DNA of 64,000 nucleotides from contig OY969424.1 in assembly GCA_963699235.1 (NCBI GenBank), forward strand, positions 1,914,964 through 1,978,963, in the 5' to 3' direction. The notes below the pieces were generated by a model. That model ran no database searches. It saw only the letters and a list, made by a program, of their open reading frames with translations, and was not told the origin of the DNA. The stretch's first letter is position 1; each line of letters starts with the position of its first letter. Origin of the DNA: an uncultured Chloroflexia bacterium (lineage in GTDB: Bacteria; Chloroflexota; Limnocylindria; QHBO01). Both the position numbers and the translations under genes were made by a program. Below, piece by piece: positions 1 to 9,051 of this stretch.

Positions 1-226
1 CGCCGGCCGGCAGGCTGAGGAGCACGTGCCGAGGAGCGGAGAGCGCGTCGGCCAGGGCTTCAACCGATTCCACCGCGGTCAGCTGCCCGCCGTTTTCCGG
101 CTCGGCGGCGAGGTCGGTCGCGACCTGGGCCGTCCGGTTCCAGGCCACGACCTGGTGGTCGCCGCGCGCCAGACGGCGCGCCATCCCCGCCCCGATCCGA
201 CCGAGCCCCACGATTCCGACCTGCAT
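1..226 (-). CDS. gnd: 6-phosphogluconate dehydrogenase-like NAD(P)-binding protein, N-terminal part (gene runs off the window start)
   Basis: The reverse complement has ATG at 226..224, then MQVGIVGLGRIGAGMARRLARGDHQVVAWNRTAQ..., a Rossmann GxGxxG N-terminus typical of YqeC/Gnd-type enzymes. A GGAGA Shine-Dalgarno lies upstream. It is the last gene of the tkt-tal-pgi string. It is absent from the ORF track because no stop lies inside the window. Confidence 0.6.
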   Translation of the reverse strand, partial: MQVGIVGLGRIGAGMARRLARGDHQVVAWNRTAQVATDLAAEPENGGQLTAVESVEALADALSAPRHVLLSLPAG

Positions 227-257
227 TGGGCTGTCTCCTCTCGGTGCGGATGATGAC

Positions 258-1925
258 CTAGGCGACGGGGTTGCCCACGGCTTCTGCGACGAGCTCCCGG
301 ACGCGGGCCAATCCTTCAGCCGCGTCGGCCGCGTGCAGGCGCAGGATGCGGCGCCCGCGTTGCTGGAGCGCGGCGAGGTCGCCGGCGGCCTGGGCCGCGA
401 TGAGCGTCCCGAATGTCTCGGCCCGGCCGGGAATGGGCAGGTCGCGGTCGGGATCGGCGGTCAACATGAGGTAGACGCCGCTGTCCGGCCCGCCCTTGTG
501 CAGCTGTCCGGCCGAATGAAGGTACCGAGGACCGAGCCCAGCCGTCGTCGCCGCGCCGAGGGCGTCGCGAACGGTGATCCGCAGCTCGTCGAGCGCGCTC
601 CAGACCGGGCGCCCGGGCGGCAGGAAGGCAAGGATCGAGAAGTAGTCACCGTCGCCGAGCGAGGCGAGGAGGGATCGGACGGCGGCCGCCACCGTCGGCG
701 GGGTGTCCCCGAGTCGGGCCGGGTCGGCCGTCGCCGCCAACCCCGGTTCGGACACGAGTGGCATCGGGAGCCGGATCGCACCATCGCGCCGGAAGCCGTC
801 GAGGAGGGACTCGGTGGCCGCCTTGGCCGACGCCACGTCCGGCTGGTCAAAGGGGTCCACCCCCAGCACGATGCCCAGCGCCGCCGCCGCGACCTCCCAA
901 CGCACGAACTCGCCACCCACCGCTTCGGGCCGATCGAGCCGAATCTCCCCCACCGGGTGCCCGGCCGCACGCAGCGAGGCGGCGACCTCGGCCAGGCCGT
1001 CGCCCGGCTCCGACCCCAACGAGATCGTCACGAAGCACCGGTCGGCGCCGTAGCTCTCGACCGAGCCCAGCGGCTCGCCCACGATCGGCACCACTCCCCG
1101 CCCGTTCTTGCCCAGGCTCTCGGCGATGAGCTGCTCGATCCAGTCGCCCAGGGTCGAGAGTCGAGGCGCTGTCAGGATGGTCAGCTTGTCTCGGCCGGCG
1201 AGGGCCGCCTCACCGATGGTGGCGGCCAGGATGAGGGCCGGGTTCTCGGGAGCCGGGGCGCGGGTGGTCTCGGCCATGGTCCGAGCCTCGGTGAGCAGCG
1301 CTTCGACGTCCACGCCCCGAACGGCGGCCGGTACCAGCCCGAACACCGACAGCGCGGAGTAGCGGCCGCCGACGGTCGGCTCGCCCTCGACGATGGCGCG
1401 AAACTCCTGGGCCCGGGCCAGGTCGACGAGCGGCGTTCCCGGATCGGTGATGGCCACGAAGTCGAGGGCGGGTACGGCGTCGGCCATGGCGGCATGGAAG
1501 GCAAGGGTCTCGGTCGTCGTTCCCGACTTGGACGAGACGAACTGGACCGTCCGGGCGCCCGTCGCCCAGCCGCGGAAGCCACGGACGGCGTCGGGGTGGG
1601 TCGAGTCGCAGACGCGGAGGTCGGTCATCCCGTCGAACAGGCGTCCGCACAGCTCCGGAGCGAGGCTGGATCCTCCCATCCCGAGGACCGCCGCCCTCCG
1701 GTATCCATCATCGGTGATGGCCGCGGCGAGGTTGCGGATCTCGTCCAGCCGGGCGGACATCAGGTCGGGGAGATCGAGCCAGCCGAGCCACTCGCCGATA
1801 TCGGGCGGCGCGTGGCCGCTTTCCGCCCAGAGGCTGCCGTCCCGTGACCAGAGCCGCTCGGCGACGCGGTCTGCGGCCCACTGCTCGAGCCGCCGTTCGA
1901 CGGCGTCGCCGAGAGAATCGGTCAT
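258..1925 (-). CDS. pgi: glucose-6-phosphate isomerase (type found in transaldolase/PGI fusions)
   Basis: Last 555 codons of the 796-aa ORF. ATG at 1925..1923 (MTDSLGDAVERRLEQW...) overlaps the tal stop as ATGA. SIS-type motifs VLGMGGSSLAPE and FVSSKSGTTTET are present. The upstream part of the long ORF is an out-of-frame shadow of tal. Confidence 0.85.
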   Translation of the reverse strand: MTDSLGDAVERRLEQWAADRVAERLWSRDGSLWAESGHAPPDIGEWLGWLDLPDLMSARLDEIRNLAAAITDDGYRRAAVLGMGGSSLAPELCGRLFDGMTDLRVCDSTHPDAVRGFRGWATGARTVQFVSSKSGTTTETLAFHAAMADAVPALDFVAITDPGTPLVDLARAQEFRAIVEGEPTVGGRYSALSVFGLVPAAVRGVDVEALLTEARTMAETTRAPAPENPALILAATIGEAALAGRDKLTILTAPRLSTLGDWIEQLIAESLGKNGRGVVPIVGEPLGSVESYGADRCFVTISLGSEPGDGLAEVAASLRAAGHPVGEIRLDRPEAVGGEFVRWEVAAAALGIVLGVDPFDQPDVASAKAATESLLDGFRRDGAIRLPMPLVSEPGLAATADPARLGDTPPTVAAAVRSLLASLGDGDYFSILAFLPPGRPVWSALDELRITVRDALGAATTAGLGPRYLHSAGQLHKGGPDSGVYLMLTADPDRDLPIPGRAETFGTLIAAQAAGDLAALQQRGRRILRLHAADAAEGLARVRELVAEAVGNPVA

Positions 1926-3025
1926 GCCGTGGTGAGGGCCCGCCGCTTGTCCTCGATCGTCGCGAGGAGCTCGTCGAACGACTTCGAGAACGCCGCCACG
2001 CCCTCGACGATGAGCTCGTCGGTCACCTGGTGCATCGAGATGCCCACGGCTTCGACGGCGTCGATCGCTGCCCGCGCCGCCCCGAAGTCCGCGTCCAGCG
2101 TCCGTGCCAGCTGGCCATGGTCGAGCATGGCCGCGATCGTCTCGCGCGGCATGGTGTCCACGGTGTCCGGTCCGATCAGCGCCTCGGCGTACTTCACGTC
2201 GCGGTAGGTCGGATCCTTGGTCGAGGTGCTGGCCCACAGGCAGCGCTGGACCCTGGCGCCGGCGGATCGCAGGTCGGCGAACTCCTCCCCGCCGAAGATC
2301 TCGCCGTAGGCCTTGTATGCGAGCTGGGCGTTGGCCACCGCGGCCGTCCCGCGGGCCTGGGCGGCCGCATCGGTCCCGAGCTCGTCCAGCCGCTTGTCCA
2401 CCTTGGTGTCCACCCGGCTCACGAAGAAGCTCGCGACCGAGGCCATCCGCGACAGGTCTCCGCCCGCTTCCCGGAGCCGCCGCAGTCCGGAGATGTAGGC
2501 GCGCGCGACGTCGCGGTAGACGTCCACCGAGAACATCAGGGTGATGTTGACGTTGATCCCTTCCGCCGTCGCGGTCTCGATGGCCGGAAGGCCGGCGGGG
2601 GTGGCCGGGATCTTCACGAAGATGTTGGGACGCCCCACCGCGGCCCACAGCTCGCGAGCCCGGCGGAGGGTCGCCTCGCCATCGTCCGACAGCGCCGGCT
2701 CGACCTCGATCGAGGCCAGGCCATCGGCTCCGCCGGCGGAGTCATAGACCGGGCGGAGGAGGTCGGCGGCGTCCCGGATGTCGCCCACCGCGATCGCCTG
2801 GTAGATGGCCTGGCCGTCGGCTCCGTCCTCGTGCATGGACCGGATGAGCTCGTCGTAGTAGCCGGCGGCGACCGCCTTGGCGAAGATCGTCGGGTTGCTC
2901 GTCAGGCCGCGGATGCCCTCGTCGATCATCGCGGCCAGGGCGCCGGACTCGATGAGGTCGCGGTCGATGGAGTCCACCCAGGGGCTCTGGCCGAACTCGG
3001 TGTACAGCCGCTGCAGCGTGTTCAT
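1922..3025 (-). CDS. tal: transaldolase
   Basis: 367 aa: MNTLQRLYTEFGQSPWVDSIDRDLI..., GLTSNPTIFAKA, and the NIFVKIPAT active-site Lys region. Confidence 0.95.
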   Translation of the reverse strand: MNTLQRLYTEFGQSPWVDSIDRDLIESGALAAMIDEGIRGLTSNPTIFAKAVAAGYYDELIRSMHEDGADGQAIYQAIAVGDIRDAADLLRPVYDSAGGADGLASIEVEPALSDDGEATLRRARELWAAVGRPNIFVKIPATPAGLPAIETATAEGINVNITLMFSVDVYRDVARAYISGLRRLREAGGDLSRMASVASFFVSRVDTKVDKRLDELGTDAAAQARGTAAVANAQLAYKAYGEIFGGEEFADLRSAGARVQRCLWASTSTKDPTYRDVKYAEALIGPDTVDTMPRETIAAMLDHGQLARTLDADFGAARAAIDAVEAVGISMHQVTDELIVEGVAAFSKSFDELLATIEDKRRALTTA

Positions 3026-3039
3026 GAACCGATTCCTCC

Positions 3040-4914
3040 TCAGCCCGATACCGATGCGGGTGCGGCCTGGACGGCAACCAGCTCGCGTGCCGCCGATGCG
3101 ATGGCGGCGGCGTCGATGCCGGCCGCCGCGAGCTGCTGGGCAGGCGTGGCCGATCCCGGCATGGCGCGGACCGCCAGCCTGACGATCCGAGGCCGCTCGG
3201 GGGTGTCGGCGAACACCTCGAGCACCGCGTCACCGATGCCGCCCTCCGGCCAGTGGTCTTCGACCGTGACGAGTCGACCAGTCGCGGCGGCGGCTTCCCG
3301 GAGCGTCGCCTCGTCGATGGGCTTCACGCTGTAGAGGTCGATCACCCGGGCGCTGATCCCCTCCCCGGCGAGCCGATCCGCTGCCGCGAGGGCCTCGTGA
3401 AGGGTGATCCCGGCCCCGATCAGGGTCACGTGATCGGTGCCCGACGAGCGCACCACCCGCGACCCGCCGATGGGGAACGCCTCGCCCGGCGGATAGATGA
3501 CGTCGGTCTTCTCGCGCGTCGTCCGGAGGAACGAGATGCCCGGCTGGTCGACCATGGCCGCGACCAGGGCCGCCGTCTGGTTCGGGTCGGACGGATAGAG
3601 CACCGTGCTGCCGTGCACGGCCCGCATCATGGCCAGGTCCTCGAGGGCCATCTGGGACGGGCCGTCCTCCCCGATGGATACGCCGGCGTGGGAGCCAACC
3701 ACGCTGAACGTCGCCCGGCTCACGGCGGCCATCCGGATGAAGTCGTAGGCGCGGGTCAGGAAGGCGGCAAAGGTCGAGGCGAACGGCCGCCAGCCGCGGA
3801 CCTGCATCCCGATGGCCGAGGCGACAAGCTGCTGCTCGGCGATGTACATCTCGAAGTAGCGCTCCGGGTGCGCCTCCCGGAAAACCTCGGCGTAAGTCGA
3901 GTTGCTGACCTCGCCATCGAGCGCCACGACTTCCGCTCGGGCGCTGCCGACCGCCGCCAGGGCATCGCCGTAGGCGCGGCGGGTCGCCTCTTTCGTCCCC
4001 AGCTCGTAGGCCGGCAGCCGCACGACGCCCGGCTCCGGGGTCGCCGGCAGCTCGACGCTGGTGTCCGGCGCCGCGACGGCGACCCGGATGGAGCGCACGC
4101 CGCCGAGCTCCGCGATCGCGCCGTCCGGATCGGCCAGCGGCTTGCCGTGGAATCCGTTCTGGTTGGCGACGGCCGCCACCCCGCGTCCCTTCTCGGTCCG
4201 GGCCACGATCATCGTTGGCCGCAGCTCGGTCGCGACCGCATCGGTATAGGCCCGGTCGATCTGGTCCACGTCGTGACCGTCGATGGCGATGGCGTGCCAG
4301 CCCGCGGCCTGGGCCCGTCGGAGATAGGTCTCGAGGTCCCAGCCGTGCATCGTCTCCCCCGTCTGGCCGAGACGGTTGACATCGACGATGGCGGTGAGGT
4401 TGTCGAGTCCGGCATGGGCGGCGTGCTCCATGGCCTCGAACATCGAGCCTTCGGCCATCTCGCTGTCCCCGCACAGGACCCAGACCCGGTACGGGAGCCG
4501 ATCGAGCAGCTTGCCGGCCAGCGCCACGCCGACCCCGATCGGGAGGCCCTGGCCGAGCGATCCGGTGGCGACATCCACCCACGGGAGGACGGGCGTGGGG
4601 TGGCCCTCGATCCGGCTCCCCTGCTGGCGGAAGGTAAGCATCTCCGCCTCGTCGATGGCGCCGGCGGCGACGTACATCGCATACAGCAGCGGGCTGGCGT
4701 GGCCCTTGCTGAAGATCAGGTGGTCGTTGCGCGGATCATCGGGGTGATCGAAGTCGTAGCGCAGGTGGCCGGCCAGCAGAACCGCCATGAGGTCGGCACC
4801 CGACATCGACGAGGTCGGATGTCCGGAGCCTGCCGCGCTCGATGACCGGATGGAGTCGACCCGCAGCTGCTGCCCGAGCTCTGTCCAAAGATCCCGCTGG
4901 TCCTCGCCGCTCAC
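3040..4914 (-). CDS. tkt: transketolase
   Basis: 624 aa with GTG start. Contains SGHPTSSMS, IFSKGHASPLLYA, the ThDP region LCGDSEMAEGS, and pyrimidine-binding and C-terminal domains. Confidence 0.95.
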   Translation of the reverse strand: MSGEDQRDLWTELGQQLRVDSIRSSSAAGSGHPTSSMSGADLMAVLLAGHLRYDFDHPDDPRNDHLIFSKGHASPLLYAMYVAAGAIDEAEMLTFRQQGSRIEGHPTPVLPWVDVATGSLGQGLPIGVGVALAGKLLDRLPYRVWVLCGDSEMAEGSMFEAMEHAAHAGLDNLTAIVDVNRLGQTGETMHGWDLETYLRRAQAAGWHAIAIDGHDVDQIDRAYTDAVATELRPTMIVARTEKGRGVAAVANQNGFHGKPLADPDGAIAELGGVRSIRVAVAAPDTSVELPATPEPGVVRLPAYELGTKEATRRAYGDALAAVGSARAEVVALDGEVSNSTYAEVFREAHPERYFEMYIAEQQLVASAIGMQVRGWRPFASTFAAFLTRAYDFIRMAAVSRATFSVVGSHAGVSIGEDGPSQMALEDLAMMRAVHGSTVLYPSDPNQTAALVAAMVDQPGISFLRTTREKTDVIYPPGEAFPIGGSRVVRSSGTDHVTLIGAGITLHEALAAADRLAGEGISARVIDLYSVKPIDEATLREAAAATGRLVTVEDHWPEGGIGDAVLEVFADTPERPRIVRLAVRAMPGSATPAQQLAAAGIDAAAIASAARELVAVQAAPASVSG

Positions 4915-4981
4915 GATCGAATGATACCCATCGAGGTCATTCGGCCGATGGAGGCTGCCAGCGGCCGTATTGCAGAAACCT

Positions 4982-5010
4982 GAAGACGGCGCCCGGGGGG
5001 CGCCGTCTTC
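4982..5010 (-). terminator. stem-loop terminator candidate downstream of the zinc-ribbon gene
   Basis: Perfect 12-bp inverted repeat GAAGACGGCGCC-CGGGG-GGCGCCGTCTTC lies 41 nt after the stop at 5051. On the minus strand it is followed by AGGTTTCTG, a weak U-tract. Confidence 0.5.
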
Positions 5011-5050
5011 GCCGAATCAATCGCCGGCCGGAGCCGGCGTCATCGGTCTG

Positions 5051-5392
5051 CTAGCCGCGAACGAGGCGGAAGCAGTCGCTGCAGTACACCGGACGGGTGC
5101 CGGTTGGCTTGAAGGGCACCTGGGTGTCCTTGCCGCACCGTGCACAGACGGCGTCATGCATCTCGCGTGGGCCGCGGTCATAGCCACCGCCATAACCACC
5201 GCCTGAGCCGTAGCTGCTGCTGCTGCTGCTGCCACCGTAGCCACCCGACGCGCGGCGCTGGGCGCGGCACGAAGGGCATCGCTTCGGGGGGGATGTGAAG
5301 CCTTTCTCCGCGAAGAAGCTCTGCTCCGAGGCGGAAAAGACAAACTCGGTCCCGCAGTCAACACACGCGAGAACCTGATCGGAATAGGTCAC
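5051..5392 (-). CDS. double zinc-ribbon protein with Gly/Ser/Tyr-rich linker
   Basis: GTG start at 5392 lies 5 nt after GGAGG. Sequence reads VTYSDQVLACVDCGTEFVFSASEQSFFAEKGF..PKRCPSCR (first CxxC..CxxC ribbon), then a GGYGGSSSSSSYGSGGGYGGGY linker, then CARCGKDTQVPFKPTGTRPVYCSDCF (second ribbon). The longer 165-aa ORF version has a non-protein-like N-terminus. Confidence 0.7.
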   Translation of the reverse strand: MTYSDQVLACVDCGTEFVFSASEQSFFAEKGFTSPPKRCPSCRAQRRASGGYGGSSSSSSYGSGGGYGGGYDRGPREMHDAVCARCGKDTQVPFKPTGTRPVYCSDCFRLVRG

Positions 5393-5565
5393 CTGACCCT
5401 CCACTGTGAGAATTGGACATGATCCGGTTGTCGCTTGCTCGGTGGCAGGCCACGGGTCTTTCCTTGTTACCCCGTGAGCCAGCGAACAACCGTGGTGGAG
5501 GGGAGGGGAAAGGCTCTGGACGCCGGACGAGCGGTCCGGACCGTTCAAAAGTCTACCATCCGAAT

Positions 5566-5760
5566 ATGCGTTGGGCGATCGTCGTGATCGTCGGCGTCCT
5601 CGTGGCGCTGGCGGGATTGGTCTGGATCCTCCAGGGCCTGAACGTCATCGTATCGTCCAGCTTCATGACCGGCAGCCGCACCTGGGTCGTGCTCGGCGCG
5701 GTCACCGTCGTTGCCGGCGGGGCGATCAGCTGGTGGGGGTGGACTCGCCGCTCACGGTGA
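5566..5760 (+). CDS. small membrane protein (2 predicted TM helices)
   Basis: ATG at 5566 gives MRWAIVVIVGVLVALAGLVWILQG...TWVVLGAVTVVAGGAISWWGW (64 aa). No family recognised. Confidence 0.5.
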   Translation: MRWAIVVIVGVLVALAGLVWILQGLNVIVSSSFMTGSRTWVVLGAVTVVAGGAISWWGWTRRSR

Positions 5761-6424
5761 CTCCGGCCCGCTGGAGCTGGCGTCCGGCCCAGATGCAACC
5801 CCCGGCCAGGACCGCCAGCCAGGCAGCCAGCGCGGCGGAGAGCAGGACGTAGAGCCGGACGAACCCGACCAGCCGCTCGACGCCCCCGAACTCATCCACC
5901 CGACCGGCCAGGCTGCTCACCGACTCCTGCACCGTCCGCAGGTCGGCGGCCAGGGCCCCGATCGATGGCTCGAGGGCCTCGAGGTCCTCGGCCAGGGCCG
6001 CCGAGTGCCCGGCAAACGTCTCCAGGTCGGTGGCGATCGACTCGAGGTTCCGGGAGGCGCCCTCGAACGGTTGCTGGCCAAGGATCGATACGTTCAGCGA
6101 ATCGGCCAGGCTGGCGGTGGTGCTCGCCAGGCGGTCGAGCAGGTCCGCGGCGTCGGTCAGCGCCGCGCCCATGTTGCCCATCGAACCGGTCACTTCCTCG
6201 AGCGTGGCGGCGGTGCTGTCCATCAGCGCCGCGGTGTTGACCAGGGCGGCAGCGACCGCCTGGCGGTCCGCTTCGAGGCGATCGTCCAGGTCCTGCAGCG
6301 CAATGAGCCCGCCCAGCCAGGTTACGACCAGGATGATGGTCACCACCAGTCCGGCGATCCCGAAGGCGACCATGCCGTTTCCGAGCTTCCGCGCCGGCAG
6401 ACCGAGGACCTCCACCTCGCTCAT
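5726..6424 (-). CDS. membrane protein with long helical/coiled central region, TM helix at each end
   Basis: 232 aa. The start ATG overlaps the pncA stop (ATGA). N-terminal TM is MVAFGIAGLVVTIILVVTWLGGLI and C-terminal TM is LYVLLSAALAAWLAVLAGGCIW. The centre is rich in A/L/D/E. Confidence 0.65.
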   Translation of the reverse strand: MSEVEVLGLPARKLGNGMVAFGIAGLVVTIILVVTWLGGLIALQDLDDRLEADRQAVAAALVNTAALMDSTAATLEEVTGSMGNMGAALTDAADLLDRLASTTASLADSLNVSILGQQPFEGASRNLESIATDLETFAGHSAALAEDLEALEPSIGALAADLRTVQESVSSLAGRVDEFGGVERLVGFVRLYVLLSAALAAWLAVLAGGCIWAGRQLQRAGVTVSGESTPTS

Positions 6425-7023
6425 GCTCCTGGTTCCGTCGAGGATAGAAGGGCCCCGGCGTTGGACATCGCCTCCAACGCCCGCTCCCCGTCGCCGGGCT
6501 GCAGGTCCACGGCGGCGATGGCGTCGGTGAGCACCGTGACCACGAATCCCCGATCGATGGCGTCGATCACCGTCTCGCGCACGCAGTAGTCGGTGGCGAG
6601 GCCCCCGATCACGACCCGCTCGATTCCGCGGTCGCGGAGCATGTGCTCCAGCTCGGTGCCCTGCTCATGACCAGTATGGGGATCCCGGACCGAGAACCCC
6701 GAATAGCCATCACCACCATCCACCCCCTTCCGAACCGTCGGCCCGGCCACCAGCAGGCCCGGACAGAACTCGGCGCCCCACGTTTCCCCCACGCAGTGCA
6801 CCGGCCACACGCCGCCGTCCTTCGCGAAATGGGGCGTGGACGGAGGGTGCCAGTCCTGGGTGTAGATGATGCTGGCGTCCGCCGCCTGCGCGGCGCGGAT
6901 CTCCTCGTTCAGGCGCGGGACGATCGCGTTCCCGCCAGCGACGCTCAGGCTGCCGGTCGGGTCGGCGAAGTCGTTCTGGACATCGACAACGAGCAGCGCG
7001 GTCCGAGCGTCGTAGTCGGCCAC
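6421..7023 (-). CDS. pncA: nicotinamidase/pyrazinamidase (isochorismatase family)
   Basis: GTG at 7023 gives VADYDARTALLVVDVQNDF... with catalytic Asp (VVDVQNDF), IIYTQDWHP metal site and Cys (GLATDYCV). 200 aa. The upstream part of the 310-aa ORF overlaps the preceding gene and is not protein-like. Confidence 0.8.
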   Translation of the reverse strand: MADYDARTALLVVDVQNDFADPTGSLSVAGGNAIVPRLNEEIRAAQAADASIIYTQDWHPPSTPHFAKDGGVWPVHCVGETWGAEFCPGLLVAGPTVRKGVDGGDGYSGFSVRDPHTGHEQGTELEHMLRDRGIERVVIGGLATDYCVRETVIDAIDRGFVVTVLTDAIAAVDLQPGDGERALEAMSNAGALLSSTEPGA

Positions 7024-7040
7024 GCGGTGGTGGGTTCCGG

Positions 7041-8981
7041 TCAGTCGAGCAGGAGCCGAAGTCGGCGGATGGCCCGAGCAGTGGCGCCCCGCCGCGGGCG
7101 CGTGGTGCGGGCAGGCCGGATCGGCGCCTGCCGGGGGAGCACAGTGCTCGACGGTTCGGGATCGGCAGCCGGTGGCTCGGAAACCGGCGCCACGCCCCAG
7201 GCGACCTCGCTGTCCAGCGGCGTCGAAGGTGCCGGCGACGGTCCCGCTGGTGACTGCGGTGGGGAGGTTGTGGCCGTGGCAGTGGCAGAGGCAGTGGCAG
7301 AGGACTCCGGATCGGTCACAACCGTGACTGGTTCGGTCGACGACGACTCCCACGCGTCCATGTGTGGGATGGCGAACGGTGCGCGGGCCCGGGCACCGGC
7401 CTCCCAGAACGCCGGTTCACGAGGGATCTGGGGAGGCTCGGAGAAGGCCGCGGGACCGACGAGCAGTGCAACATCATCGGCTGCGGGCGGTTCGGCGGCG
7501 ATCTCGATCGGCGTCCGGATCGTGGGCTCCGGCGCCGGCTCGCCGATGGCGATGGCATCGGCGTACGAAACCGAGGCTGGTTCTGGCTCGTCGTCAATCC
7601 ACGGATCCACCACCGGGGCCGGTGGTGGTGTTACCTCAGGGGGCGCATCGATCTCCCCGTCCTGGGCAGCTGCGGCGACGAACTCGACCGCCGGCTCGGG
7701 CTCGGCCGGTGCGACGGGCTCGGCAGCGGCGACGGGGTCGGGTTCGTTGGTGGCCTCGGCCACGGATTCGGACATCTCGTCGACCGACGGTTCGTCAGCT
7801 TCCGCGGCCCGGATTTGAACCGCGAGCTCATCACGCGGAGCCTCGCCCGGTGCCGGCACGGCGGCGTCCGGAACGTCGGATTCAGGCGACAGGTCATCGG
7901 GCGCGGCTGCGACCACGAAGAGATCCTCCTCCGCGATCCAGTCCGGCTCCGGCGTGGCGGTGCTGTAGCGGGTACGCACGATCGGCGACGCATCCTCGCC
8001 ATCGTCGCCCTCTACCTCGAGAGCCTCGTCGGCAGGTCGCGACCGGTCGGTCGTGGTTTCGACATCGGGATCGACTTCCCGTCGATAGGCGGCCATGGCA
8101 TCCGCGATGTCCTGGGTGCCGGGCAGCGGTTCCTCGTCTCCGACGAGGGCCGTGGTGGGGTCCTCCGCCCGGGCCAGGGCTTCCGCGAACCCCGAGACCG
8201 CCTCTCGTGAGCGGCTCCGGGAGTGGGCCTTCGACGGCCTGGTGGATGACGACGGATCCTCGTCCGCGAGGTCGGACACGTCGCTGCCAGCATGACCGAC
8301 GGCATCGGTCAAACCATCTGCCTCGGCGCTCGAGCCAGGGTCGGGGTCCAGGTCTCCCCCGGCGTCCTGCAAACCCAGCGGTGCCTCGTCGATCGCCGGC
8401 TCATCCGGCACCGGTTCTTCCGCTGCCTCCGGAACGGCAGCAGCCTGCGGCTCGTCCACGGCCTGGAGCTCTTCCGTGGCTTCGGGCTCTTCCGTGGCTT
8501 CGGGCTCTTCCGCCCTCTCAGGTTCGGGCAGCGCCTCCGCGTTCCAGCCGGCCGGCGGCGCCTCGGTCCACGGCAGCCGATGGTCGATCCGGGCCTCGAG
8601 CAGGTCGACGCGGCCGCGCAGGGCCGCGACCTCGCCGCGCGACTCGCCGAGGGCCAGGAGGGCCTGACCGTAGCGCTCGGTGAGGTTGCGGAACTCGGTC
8701 AGGAGCTCCCGAAACGGGTACTGCTCGCCGTGGCTGTCGCCATTGCCGCCGTTGCCACCGTTCCCGCCGATGCCGCCCTGGGTGGCTCCCGGGGCGTGGC
8801 GAAACGCATCCTGGGCAGGCGCCGTTCCTGCGTCGGGCATGGGCGCTCCGCGCAGGATGACGCGCATATCGCCGCCAACCTCGGTTGACCCGGCAAGGAC
8901 GCCGCGAGCCAGAAGCTCCCAGACGCGCCCCTCCGGGATGCCGAGGACAGCCGCCGTCTCGTTGACCGAGTAGCTGTCCAT
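7041..8981 (-). CDS. HTH-domain protein with coiled coil and ~480-aa acidic Pro/Glu/Ala-rich low-complexity region
   Basis: 646 aa. The N-terminus MDSYSVNETAAVLGIPEGRVWELLARGVL looks like an excisionase/MerR-like HTH. It is followed by a GGNGGNGGNG tract, a coiled coil (FRELLTEFRNLTERYGQALLALGESRGEVAALRGRVDLLEARI), a long acidic region with EEPEAT repeats, and a basic C-terminal tail. Confidence 0.75.
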   Translation of the reverse strand: MDSYSVNETAAVLGIPEGRVWELLARGVLAGSTEVGGDMRVILRGAPMPDAGTAPAQDAFRHAPGATQGGIGGNGGNGGNGDSHGEQYPFRELLTEFRNLTERYGQALLALGESRGEVAALRGRVDLLEARIDHRLPWTEAPPAGWNAEALPEPERAEEPEATEEPEATEELQAVDEPQAAAVPEAAEEPVPDEPAIDEAPLGLQDAGGDLDPDPGSSAEADGLTDAVGHAGSDVSDLADEDPSSSTRPSKAHSRSRSREAVSGFAEALARAEDPTTALVGDEEPLPGTQDIADAMAAYRREVDPDVETTTDRSRPADEALEVEGDDGEDASPIVRTRYSTATPEPDWIAEEDLFVVAAAPDDLSPESDVPDAAVPAPGEAPRDELAVQIRAAEADEPSVDEMSESVAEATNEPDPVAAAEPVAPAEPEPAVEFVAAAAQDGEIDAPPEVTPPPAPVVDPWIDDEPEPASVSYADAIAIGEPAPEPTIRTPIEIAAEPPAADDVALLVGPAAFSEPPQIPREPAFWEAGARARAPFAIPHMDAWESSSTEPVTVVTDPESSATASATATATTSPPQSPAGPSPAPSTPLDSEVAWGVAPVSEPPAADPEPSSTVLPRQAPIRPARTTRPRRGATARAIRRLRLLLD

Positions 8982-9051
8982 CAGGGGGATCCGTAGCGTA
9001 CCGCGTCACGAACCGCCGTGGGGCGTCGCGGACGGATATCATCCGGCGCCG

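Noticed and set aside
258-2648. 796-aa ORF as a bifunctional transaldolase-PGI fusion
   Set aside because: The first 241 codons are an out-of-frame shadow of tal (Arg/Gly-rich). The real tal is in another frame, and its stop overlaps the pgi ATG.
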